Below, piece after piece: positions 19,076 to 27,923 of a stretch of 64,000 nt of DNA (positions are counted from its first letter, which is position 1; each line of letters begins with the position of its first letter). The position numbers were made by a program, and so were the translations under genes. The DNA is taken from NCBI GenBank assembly GCA_016839945.1, contig JAEOTE010000027.1:9015-73014 (forward strand), in the 5' to 3' direction. This DNA is from Candidatus Heimdallarchaeota archaeon. Its GTDB lineage: Archaea > Asgardarchaeota > Heimdallarchaeia > Heimdallarchaeales > Heimdallarchaeaceae. The notes under the pieces were generated by a model. That model made no database searches. It was not told the origin of the DNA and saw only the letters and a list, made by a program, of their open reading frames with translations.

Positions 19076-20002
19076 ATGATTTCTGAACCTACTAGAAAGC
19101 ATATTACCAATGCTTCGTTATTTGCTGTATTATCGAAGATGGTGAGTATGGCAGTTGCTTTCTTCCAAACAGGTTCAGCCTTAGTCTATATCAATTTGGT
19201 TTTTGGAGTACTCTTCTATTTATCTGTGATATGGATAGGTTATGGATTGTGGTTATTTTATAAAGATGAAAATAATATAAAACTTCAATATGTGAGTTTG
19301 TTAGTGGCTATAGGAGGAATACTTGCTATCCCTATAGAGATTGTTAATCTTTTAGTTAAAACTGAAATAATAACAACAAATAATACTGGTACTATACTCT
19401 CTATGATATCGAAAAGTCTCCCAGCAATTGGTTTACTTGTAGGTTTTATTATATTGAAAAGTATTTTAGATTCATTTGTTCCTGCTAGAAGAAATATCTT
19501 CAAAGGGCAATTATCTTTACCTATTGGTTTTGCAATGACAGCAATTTATGTAATTGTATTAACTATTGTACCACTTGAAACAATGGTTATAGAAGTAGAT
19601 GGGCAGAATCAAATAAAAAGTGAGTATCTTTATCTTTACTATTTTGTTAGTTTTTTGGAAATGGGAATGATTGTAATGGTTGTATTAGGATTCTGGTATT
19701 TAAGAAAGACTTTTCTAATGTTGGATAAGGTACCAAAAGAGTATTTTGAAAGAAAAAAGCAAGTGGAAGAGTATCCAGCTCAAAGATCTTATCCTGGAAC
19801 ATTTACAAGATTTTCTAGAACTCGAAGTCCAATAGTTCCCCCCTCAGCTGCTAAGAGTGAACCGGAAATTATTGATACCACGAGTAGTTCTGAGGTTATT
19901 TCTAAGAAAAAAATGTTTTGCGTTAAATGTGGTCTTGAACTTGAAGAAGATGCAGCTTTTTGTGCAAATTGCGGAGAAAAGAATCCATATTTAATAAAAT
20001 AG
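19076..20002 (+). CDS. Polytopic membrane protein with C-terminal cytoplasmic zinc ribbon
   Basis: About 6 hydrophobic helices, then a Pro/Ser-rich linker and 'CVKCGLELEEDAAFCANCG' (CxxC-x10-CxxC). Confidence 0.6.
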   Translation: MISEPTRKHITNASLFAVLSKMVSMAVAFFQTGSALVYINLVFGVLFYLSVIWIGYGLWLFYKDENNIKLQYVSLLVAIGGILAIPIEIVNLLVKTEIITTNNTGTILSMISKSLPAIGLLVGFIILKSILDSFVPARRNIFKGQLSLPIGFAMTAIYVIVLTIVPLETMVIEVDGQNQIKSEYLYLYYFVSFLEMGMIVMVVLGFWYLRKTFLMLDKVPKEYFERKKQVEEYPAQRSYPGTFTRFSRTRSPIVPPSAAKSEPEIIDTTSSSEVISKKKMFCVKCGLELEEDAAFCANCGEKNPYLIK

Positions 20003-20725
20003 GTGAGGATGATGAAAGTTTCTGAGGATGTTGCAAAGCATTTGTTTTACACAACTTGGGTTCTAATGGTACTCCAAATGCTTAAAGTTCTAAATACAAC
20101 ATTTCTAGGAATTTATGTCCCTCTTTTAGTAAATATTGTAGACGTTGCATTTGATTGTGCACTTATTCTCTTAGCAATAGGGATCATGCGTTTAGGAAAA
20201 GAAATAGAGAACATCAAGAAATGGATAGTGTCTAGTATTGCACTAATAATCGCAGGAGGAGTTGATATAATTACTTTAATTCTTTCATACAGCTTTCCTA
20301 ATGAATCTTGGATTTTGGCTCCTTTCTTATACATAAGACTAGCTTTACTTATCTTTTATCTTGTTGCTTTACCTATTGCTTTTGCTTATATTAAATTCCA
20401 TATAGATGATTTAGAAGAGATGAATATAATTCCAAGAAAAGGTAGATTTTTCATTCCAGCTGGTTATTTACTACAAATCTATCCTTATCTTATTCCTTGG
20501 ATTGGAGATTATATGAATCCAAAAATTTTACCTCCAATAGTATCAAATCTTGGATTATTCTTCATACTTATCTCAGCATTTCTAATTATAGTAGGTTTTC
20601 TAGAACTAACAGTTGTTGTAAAAATGATACTAAAAGGATATACAGGTGAGGAATTTATTAAAAACGAAATTCAATTTTCTGCTGAAGAAACTATCGACCA
20701 AAAAATAGAAGGTGATGAGAATTAA
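20003..20725 (+). CDS. Polytopic membrane protein, paralogous layout to 19076 and 20712
   Basis: Starts directly after the upstream stop; 'aggtgagg' suggests the ATG at 20009/20012 may be the real start. About 6 TM helices. Confidence 0.55.
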   Translation: MRMMKVSEDVAKHLFYTTWVLMVLQMLKVLNTTFLGIYVPLLVNIVDVAFDCALILLAIGIMRLGKEIENIKKWIVSSIALIIAGGVDIITLILSYSFPNESWILAPFLYIRLALLIFYLVALPIAFAYIKFHIDDLEEMNIIPRKGRFFIPAGYLLQIYPYLIPWIGDYMNPKILPPIVSNLGLFFILISAFLIIVGFLELTVVVKMILKGYTGEEFIKNEIQFSAEETIDQKIEGDEN

Positions 20726-21395
20726 TAGACTTCAAGTATCAAAATTATTTACAAGTGGAACTATGATGGTGTTTGTATTTTATGTAATATTAGCAATTTT
20801 TTCAGTTGGATTACGTAATACAAGTTTACCAGGTTTAACTGCTATTCAATTACTCTTTCTTCCTATAATTATTGGAATTGCAGGAATTGGATATGGAGCA
20901 TATCATCTCAGTTTTGACGAAAAAGAACCTTGGAAAAGTGGTAAAATAATCTTCTATATTATTACAATAGGAATAATATCTTTACTATTTGGTCAAATTG
21001 GATTAATTATAGCTGGATATGATGATGTGCAAGAGGTTGCTATACGTCCAGATTTTGTAATTGTAGGAAATGTCTTAATGATACTATCCTGCCTAGTTCT
21101 TGCAGTTAGTTTCTTTTTCTTGCATAAGCAGCTACGTGAGATGTATTTCAAAAAAATCTTCATTAAGATTCCGAATTGGTTCACAGTATTTTCTTACCTC
21201 TTACAAGCAGTTGCATATATTTTATTCTTTACCGCTTATTTCACTACTCAAGGGAATACACAAACAATTTTGGATGCTATTGGCATTGGAACTGCTGTAG
21301 TTGCTTTAATATTCCTATTAGTAGGTTTTATTCCAATCAACATATCTTTTAGAACATATTCACATTTAGTAGAGGATGAAGAATTACGAAAATAA
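20712..21395 (+). CDS. Polytopic membrane protein, paralogous layout to 19076 and 20003
   Basis: The start overlaps the upstream stop by 14 nt. About 6 TM helices. Shares the 'G..(K/D)E..' loop after TM2 and a 'F(Y/F)L(R/H)K' motif with its neighbours. Confidence 0.55.
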   Translation: MMRINRLQVSKLFTSGTMMVFVFYVILAIFSVGLRNTSLPGLTAIQLLFLPIIIGIAGIGYGAYHLSFDEKEPWKSGKIIFYIITIGIISLLFGQIGLIIAGYDDVQEVAIRPDFVIVGNVLMILSCLVLAVSFFFLHKQLREMYFKKIFIKIPNWFTVFSYLLQAVAYILFFTAYFTTQGNTQTILDAIGIGTAVVALIFLLVGFIPINISFRTYSHLVEDEELRK

Positions 21396-21400
21396 GAAAA

Positions 21401-22270
21401 TTATTTTTGAGATGAAAGAAGAGCATGTGATGTCTGGATTAAATCGTTGATTTTTCTTTCTATATGTTCAGGATTTGATAATATTGCAAAGGAAACTTGA
21501 AAATTAGTTGCTCCTTCTGTTAAAAAGATAATTTCGGTTAGAGAATTAGCAATTTCATTGAGTTTCTCTGTTTCATCATCCTTTAAAATAGCTAGAAAAG
21601 ATACAAAAATATCTGTATCTCTTTTAGTTTTTAGGTAATCAACAGTTTTCTTCATTTTGTTAACTTGATGTAGGTCTAAAGGTTCGAAAATAAAAAGAAA
21701 ACCTTCTGCTAGCTCAAACAATAAAGGAGCTAAAGAAACCAGATCTCTTTTGTAATCAATTATCGACATTTGGCATGAAAAAACATCATTTCCAATCGTC
21801 TTTTCAAAATTGATTGGTTCATACCCTCCCATAAATTGATAATCAGTCTGAGCTCCTTCTTTTGAAAAATACTTATCTATAACTTTCTGAACAAGAAAAT
21901 TATCTCCATAAACAGATATTTTCACTTTAGGTTGTTCATCTGTTACTAATCTGACAGGGGAAGTATCCTTTGTTACTTCACTTTTTTGTGTTTGAACTTT
22001 TGAAAAGCTATCCGGTTCAGTGTTTTGATGCCAATTTATGAAATTATTCTTGATTTCCTCTTTTGCATCTATAACTAATTCAGGTGTTATAGAAACCTTT
22101 TTCTCATAAATAGACAGCCCATAAGCCATTGGTAGTGTTTTTATGAAATTAGATAAGGCAGTCGAATCAATATCTATTATAGATGAGAGAATATCTAAAT
22201 CCCAGACATTCTTTTTTTCTATTAAAGACAACAAATGCTCTGCTAACGATTTTTCTTTTTCCATGCTCAT
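21401..22270 (-). CDS. Hypothetical protein: winged-helix-like N-domain plus degenerate small-GTPase-like (pseudo-GTPase) C-domain
   Basis: The C-terminal 175 aa or so align by eye, block for block, with the GTPase at 36402, but G1/G3/G4/G5 are non-canonical (see finding). Confidence 0.45.
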   Translation of the reverse strand: MSMEKEKSLAEHLLSLIEKKNVWDLDILSSIIDIDSTALSNFIKTLPMAYGLSIYEKKVSITPELVIDAKEEIKNNFINWHQNTEPDSFSKVQTQKSEVTKDTSPVRLVTDEQPKVKISVYGDNFLVQKVIDKYFSKEGAQTDYQFMGGYEPINFEKTIGNDVFSCQMSIIDYKRDLVSLAPLLFELAEGFLFIFEPLDLHQVNKMKKTVDYLKTKRDTDIFVSFLAILKDDETEKLNEIANSLTEIIFLTEGATNFQVSFAILSNPEHIERKINDLIQTSHALLSSQK

Positions 22271-22372
22271 TACACTATCTGTTTTTTATAGTTTAAAATA
22301 TTTTCTTAAGTTTGTTAATTGCATTAAAGTTTTAAAGATATACTAGTTGTAATTTTAAGCAACGGTGGAAAA

Positions 22373-23317
22373 ATGGTTCTTTTTGCAGACTTTCAATGGT
22401 GGACATATATTGCTCTGTTTGGTGCAGGACTAGTCAGTGGGGCAGTTTCACCTACTTTTGGCATAGGAGGGGGTCTTTTGAATGTCCCTATCTTGCTACT
22501 TGGATTTTCTTACCTTTTAGGTAGTGATCCTGGAAGCACTGCTACAGCTACCTCTCTAGGAGTAATTTTATTTACAGCATTGAGTGGTTCAATTTCTTAC
22601 ATTAGAGAAAGAAGAATTGATTTTCGAATTGCCTTAACGTTCATGATTTTTGCAATTCCTGGAGCTGTTTCTGGAGGTTTATTCTCAAATTGGTTGAAGG
22701 AACAAAACTATGAGACTGATGTATTTCAAATTATATTTGCATGCACAATGATAGTTATCGCAATTTACAAAATAACAACAATCTTTCTTCAACGGAGAAA
22801 GAAGAAAAAAGATCTTATTTCTGAAGATGATGAGTGCATGGAGTTAGAATGTGATGAAGAGCAACAAAATAAGCCTTTGTGGAAACAAACTGTGTTATAC
22901 CGCGATTTTGAAGATAAAAGAGGTATAAAATTTACATACAAAGCTAAACTAATCCCAGGTATTTTCATAGCATCCGTAGGAGGTTTTATTGGAGCAACTC
23001 TAGGGCTTGGTGGTGGTATTATCTATGTTCCTATTCTAACTATGGCTCTTGGTATTCCTGCAGCGATTGCAACAGCAACGTCAACGTTTACCATTTTATT
23101 TGCTACACCTTTTGCAGTTGGTATTAGATCAATTGATAATATAATACGTTGGGATATTGTCTTCTGCATGGCAGCTGGAACTGTCATTACAGCTAATATA
23201 GTACCTAGGTTTCTCCACAAAATTAAATCCGAATTTATCTTAACAGGTTTTTGGGTGATTGCTATAGGGGCAGCAATTAGACTTTTAATTAAAGTTTTAA
23301 CTGAAGCCAATATCTAA
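22373..23317 (+). CDS. TauE/SafE (DUF81) family anion exporter
   Basis: Duplicated 'GIGGGLLNVPIL' / 'GLGGGIIYVPIL' motifs and 8 hydrophobic helices or so. A central charged loop contains 'CMELECDEE'. 'ggtgga' SD. Confidence 0.8.
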   Translation: MVLFADFQWWTYIALFGAGLVSGAVSPTFGIGGGLLNVPILLLGFSYLLGSDPGSTATATSLGVILFTALSGSISYIRERRIDFRIALTFMIFAIPGAVSGGLFSNWLKEQNYETDVFQIIFACTMIVIAIYKITTIFLQRRKKKKDLISEDDECMELECDEEQQNKPLWKQTVLYRDFEDKRGIKFTYKAKLIPGIFIASVGGFIGATLGLGGGIIYVPILTMALGIPAAIATATSTFTILFATPFAVGIRSIDNIIRWDIVFCMAAGTVITANIVPRFLHKIKSEFILTGFWVIAIGAAIRLLIKVLTEANI

Positions 23318-24637
23318 TCATTTAATGATAGCTCTAATCCTGTAACCCTTTTTCAACACATCAGGAATAGGGATAGGTTGTCCTTTTTCATCATAAACCA
23401 TTGTTACTTGGCAATGAAAATTGTTTTCCACAACTGAACGTTTCTTGTCTTCTTTCATTTCCATCATAAAGAATGATTTTGACCCTTGTCTATACAATTC
23501 TGGAGACTTAAACTCTATATTAGACCATCTTTCTTCTATTATGTTCAGAATTTTACTACTAGCATAGCCATCACCATATGGATTACCAAACTCTTCAAAT
23601 TTATTCATAAAATCCTCATTTGTTAATGTTTGATTCAAAATTTGAATAATCTCCTTCTCATCAACCTTTACTAGAAAGTTTATCTTTGATTCTACAGTTT
23701 CAGGTCTTTCTGTATTAGGTCTGATTGTAATGCAAGGTTTCTTAAGAATAGAAGCTTCTTCTTGTAAGCCACCTGAATCAGTCAAAATTATTTTACATCT
23801 ATCATCTTTCATTAATCTCAGAATAGATAAATAATCAATAGATGTGTAGATATGTATCTTCTTATTCTCTTGAAGCTTATCATAAAGATTAAACTCATTC
23901 AATTGTTTTTCTGTTCTAGGATGCATCAGGAAGATTATTGGCATTTGAATGAAATTTGATAAAGCATTTGAAATTTCTTTGAGATTTTGTTTGTTATCTA
24001 CATTCGATACTCGATGAATTGTACATATGATAAATTCCTCATTTATTTCATCTAGTATTTCTTTTGCTTTAGGTGTGTGTTGTTCAAAAATATTATCACC
24101 ATATAGTCTTATGGAATCAACGATGGTGTTACCAGTAAAATAAATTCTTTCAGGGTCTAAACCTTCATAAAGTAAATTAGTTATTGCTCGTTGAGATGGA
24201 ACAAATAGAAGCGAAGAGATACTATCTACTAGCTTCCTATTAATCTCTTCTGGCATTGTGTTATCATAAGAACGTAATCCTGCTTCAATATGTCCAAAAG
24301 GAATGTTATTTTGAATACTAGCAAGGCAAGCTGCAACTACACTATTAGTATCCCCCACTGCTAAAACAATACTTGGTTGTGTTTTTTTTAATTCATCTCC
24401 AAGTTTACTAATCATTTCTCCTAATTGTACACTCTTATTCTCTGATTGAATATCTAGATTAATATTTGGTGAAGGTAAAGCTAAGGAATCAAAAAACTGT
24501 TTTGACATTTCTTGACTATAATGTTGTCCTGTGTGAATGATATATATTTGAAGATCACGAACTTTTGCTTCATTTATAATAGGAGCCATTTTTATTATTT
24601 CAGGTCTTGTTCCAACCACTAAAGCTATAGAACCCAT
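23318..24637 (-). CDS. wecB: UDP-N-acetylglucosamine 2-epimerase (non-hydrolysing) with a C-terminal extension of about 80 aa
   Basis: 'VVGTRPEIIKMAPI', 'HIEAGLRS' and 'TDSGGLQEEA' motifs. ATG at 24637. Abuts the convergent TauE gene with no spacer. Confidence 0.85.
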   Translation of the reverse strand: MGSIALVVGTRPEIIKMAPIINEAKVRDLQIYIIHTGQHYSQEMSKQFFDSLALPSPNINLDIQSENKSVQLGEMISKLGDELKKTQPSIVLAVGDTNSVVAACLASIQNNIPFGHIEAGLRSYDNTMPEEINRKLVDSISSLLFVPSQRAITNLLYEGLDPERIYFTGNTIVDSIRLYGDNIFEQHTPKAKEILDEINEEFIICTIHRVSNVDNKQNLKEISNALSNFIQMPIIFLMHPRTEKQLNEFNLYDKLQENKKIHIYTSIDYLSILRLMKDDRCKIILTDSGGLQEEASILKKPCITIRPNTERPETVESKINFLVKVDEKEIIQILNQTLTNEDFMNKFEEFGNPYGDGYASSKILNIIEERWSNIEFKSPELYRQGSKSFFMMEMKEDKKRSVVENNFHCQVTMVYDEKGQPIPIPDVLKKGYRIRAIIK

Positions 24638-24692
24638 CAATACTTTGTTACCACAAAGGAGAATATAAATCTTAGTGATTTATTAGTTGAAT

Positions 24693-25775
24693 CTAAGAAA
24701 TAAGATAAAAGTTCTTTTCCAAAATTTCAAGTAAATATTCTATTTGTTCTTCTGTTGGTAGTTGATTTGCTTCAAAATCCTTCAGAAAATCATCAATTTG
24801 TACTAGAATTGTTTTAGCAGTTTTTTCAAGTAATTTGCTTGATATTTTTGTTTGGATAATCATAATTATCTTATCACTTGCATAAAACGATAATGTAGAT
24901 GTTGTCGTTTTTAATTCTTTAAACTGCTCTTCACTTGTTGTAGCTACATAATCTGAAACGAAATGAAATAATCCTGATAAATATCCTGAGGCAGCAACGA
25001 TTTTCTCTTCGAAAGAAATTCTCATACTTCTTAATGGTGAGTATCCTAAGAGAGGATTACCTTCTCTATCAACAAGTAATATTGTTTCTATGCCATGTGA
25101 CATCGATTGACTTTGATAAATTGATACAACTGAAACTACTAAAAATGTATAAATAACATCTACAATCTCAAAATATTCCAAATTATTCTCTACTAATCTT
25201 CGTCTAATTGTAACAATGAATGCAAATCCAATTAACATCAAAATTATAAAGAGGGTAACATCTCTTTTCAGTTTTAATCTTCTTTTCCTAGAGATTTTTG
25301 CGAGTTTCATATATCTTACATATACTCCTATAAAGAGAAAAGCACTTATTAAAATACAAAAACCATAAATGAAGCTGTAGATATCAGTGTAAATCACATT
25401 ATAGATTGAAATTGTTAAAGTTTTGAATTCTAAGAGATTAGCTTCTAAAGGTATCAAAACGAAATATAGTACAAAAACTCCAAAAATTGCTGTAACAATT
25501 CGACTTGCTCTAGAAGGTAAAATCATTGATTGTTCCAAACATGCACCAAACAGAATTATTAAGGATAAAGATTGAAAAATTTGTAATAATCTGTATAATG
25601 TTGCAGTTTCATAAGTATACTCAAGAGCATCTATTATTATGAAAATTCCATAACTACTGAGAAATAAGGACCAATTAAGGTAAAATGGATTTTGCCTTCT
25701 TCTTCCCCAATATAGTGTAAGGATTCCTCCCATAATCAACGAAACAGCGAGAATATATTTGATGAATATTTCCAT
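24693..25775 (-). CDS. Membrane protein (about 7 TM) with cytoplasmic roadblock/LC7(MglB)-like C-terminal domain
   Basis: The N-terminal 230 aa are hydrophobic helices. The C-terminal 'ILLVDREGNPLLGYS...IVAASGYLSGLFHFVSDYV...FKELKTTTSTLSFYASDKIIMIIQTK' follows the roadblock alpha-beta pattern. ATG at 25775. Confidence 0.5.
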   Translation of the reverse strand: MEIFIKYILAVSLIMGGILTLYWGRRRQNPFYLNWSLFLSSYGIFIIIDALEYTYETATLYRLLQIFQSLSLIILFGACLEQSMILPSRASRIVTAIFGVFVLYFVLIPLEANLLEFKTLTISIYNVIYTDIYSFIYGFCILISAFLFIGVYVRYMKLAKISRKRRLKLKRDVTLFIILMLIGFAFIVTIRRRLVENNLEYFEIVDVIYTFLVVSVVSIYQSQSMSHGIETILLVDREGNPLLGYSPLRSMRISFEEKIVAASGYLSGLFHFVSDYVATTSEEQFKELKTTTSTLSFYASDKIIMIIQTKISSKLLEKTAKTILVQIDDFLKDFEANQLPTEEQIEYLLEILEKNFYLIS

Positions 25776-25866
25776 GTTTAACCCCAATTGTTAACCATAC
25801 CCTAACAAGAAATATATCCTTTGATTCCTTAAAAAATTTCCTAGTACCTTGAAAGATAAAATTTCA

Positions 25867-27531
25867 CTATTTAGTATCTTTATCTTCTTCGAATTCAGCT
25901 TTAGGATCCCAAATTTTACTTACTTTTTTTGTCTTTCTGATATTGAAGAATATGTACACTGAAGCTGAACCTCCCATCAAAATACCTATTATCCAGAAAG
26001 ATGCTGAAAATCGACGAGGTTTGATTTTGACATAAAGATTTGCTTCGCTAACATCAGTCACCCAATCCTTTCCATCGAAAACTGCTACTTTAAGGTAATA
26101 TGAACCAGCTTTCACATTTGTAAGATTCCAAGTATATGTGTTATATCCTGTTATGTTTGATGCTAAAACTGTCCAATTCCAACCATTCTCTGATATTAGA
26201 ACTGTACTATTTAATGGATCATTATCTTCGTCATCCATTGCCCAACTGAAATCATAAGTATCATTGTAAGATATTGATCGCGAAGGGTTGGTAATCTTAA
26301 CAGCAGGCAGATTGTTTGAATAGGTAAGGTGAGGTTCAGTTGCCATATAAACTAGAGCTGGAAAAACTATTTCACAGTTTGAAATAATCCTATCTCCTGG
26401 AGGGTTATAATAATCAAAATATGAACCTGTCCATAATGTTTCATAGCTCTCTATAGTTATAGGTACTATATCATAAGCATAATAGCAATAATCATTCCAA
26501 GTCCCTGAAGCTTCGTAACCACCTATTTCAGACCAAGCTGGAAAACCAGTTATTGATTTAAGTTCATCTATGATGGATTGAAATTCTGCAGCATCTTTCG
26601 CAGGGAGAGAGCTGTTATGACCCCAAGGTGCAATAATCGCTTCAATACCGCTATGAAGACTAACTGCAAAATTTATGAAATGAGTTTTAAGAAAATCTCT
26701 CACAATCCTTGTTTCAATCTCGCTAAATGGATATTCTCCTCTATAAAGATCATTAATTTTGTCTGTTGAAGCTCCTCCAGAAACATTCCAATAAGCGCCA
26801 TAGTTTCTGTTTAAATCCACTCCTCCAGGTCTATCTTCTCCTGTAGTACCATCTGCATCTATATGAGTTGCATTTATTTCTGCCATGCTTGAAGTCTCAT
26901 TCCAGAAGTAAACTTCTTCATATTCATCATCCAATCTAGTATCATTATCATCATCAATAGGATGAAGGTTTTTCCTTTGTTCAGGGAATATATGCATTAT
27001 AGACACACCATCAGGATTAAGCATTGGGATAACATAAAGTTCAGTAGTTGTGAGCAAATCTTCATATTCTCCATTTTGAAAAGAATAAACTAATTTATCA
27101 ATAAAATACAAGGAATCCTCGACTGAAATCAATTCTCGAGCATGATGAGCTGCATCAACATAGAATTCAGTCTTTGTTTTTGTTACTGATTCTTGTGTAA
27201 TTCTTACACACCAGATATCTCTATCGTGGTATGTTTTACCTAATGAAAAAACTTCAATAATTTCAGGGAAAGAACTATTAAGATTCTGGAGTTTATCTGT
27301 TAGCTCATCATAATTATGATAAGGACCTAAAGACTCTCCCCAAAAAACCACATCATCACTAGGAATGCTACTAGGAGCTCCTAGCAATTCATCCCAAATC
27401 CAAACATAAGTATCACCATTTTGTTTTCTAATAGGGTATTGAGCTGAAGAAGAAGTTGTTACTTGAAAAAACTGATAATTGATAAGTAGAAAAATAAACA
27501 TAAGAGTGTATAAGAAACTCCTTTTTCTCAT
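25867..27531 (-). CDS. Secreted M14-family zinc carboxypeptidase with C-terminal Ig-like domain and TM anchor
   Basis: Signal 'FLYTLMFIFLLINYQFF'. 'AAHHARELIS' (HxxE), 'DLNRNYG' and 'SLHSG' zinc/substrate motifs. C-terminal 'FWIIGILMGGSASVYIFF' anchor. Confidence 0.8.
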   Translation of the reverse strand: MRKRSFLYTLMFIFLLINYQFFQVTTSSSAQYPIRKQNGDTYVWIWDELLGAPSSIPSDDVVFWGESLGPYHNYDELTDKLQNLNSSFPEIIEVFSLGKTYHDRDIWCVRITQESVTKTKTEFYVDAAHHARELISVEDSLYFIDKLVYSFQNGEYEDLLTTTELYVIPMLNPDGVSIMHIFPEQRKNLHPIDDDNDTRLDDEYEEVYFWNETSSMAEINATHIDADGTTGEDRPGGVDLNRNYGAYWNVSGGASTDKINDLYRGEYPFSEIETRIVRDFLKTHFINFAVSLHSGIEAIIAPWGHNSSLPAKDAAEFQSIIDELKSITGFPAWSEIGGYEASGTWNDYCYYAYDIVPITIESYETLWTGSYFDYYNPPGDRIISNCEIVFPALVYMATEPHLTYSNNLPAVKITNPSRSISYNDTYDFSWAMDDEDNDPLNSTVLISENGWNWTVLASNITGYNTYTWNLTNVKAGSYYLKVAVFDGKDWVTDVSEANLYVKIKPRRFSASFWIIGILMGGSASVYIFFNIRKTKKVSKIWDPKAEFEEDKDTK

Positions 27532-27674
27532 CGATTCTATTTTATCGTTAATATTAATAAATCTCTCCCTTTAATTCATAACAACAAAATTAGTAAAAAT
27601 GATTTTTAGCTAAAGCCAAATGCTTATAAATCGCTTGTGCGTAGTTGTGCCTAAACCGTAACGAAGTGAAAGTT

Positions 27675-27914
27675 ATGTCAGATTACGATATTGCAATTGA
27701 AATCGATGCTCGTGGTAGCTTCTGTCCAGGACCAATGATGGAACTCATTAAAGCCATCAGACAAGCTGAAGTTGGAGAATATTTATCTCTTCTAAGTTCT
27801 GATGAAGGGACTAGAAATGATGTTCCAGCTTGGATAAATAAAGCTAAACATGAACTTTTGGAAATCATCAATGAAGATGGTCACGATAGATACATTGTAA
27901 AGAAACTACATTGA
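27675..27914 (+). CDS. tusA: TusA-like sulfur carrier protein
   Basis: 'ARGSFCPGPMMELIKAI' (CPxP active-site motif) and about 79 aa. ATG at 27675 is preferred over the upstream TTG of the track. Confidence 0.8.
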   Translation: MSDYDIAIEIDARGSFCPGPMMELIKAIRQAEVGEYLSLLSSDEGTRNDVPAWINKAKHELLEIINEDGHDRYIVKKLH

Positions 27915-27923
27915 GGTCTCAGG

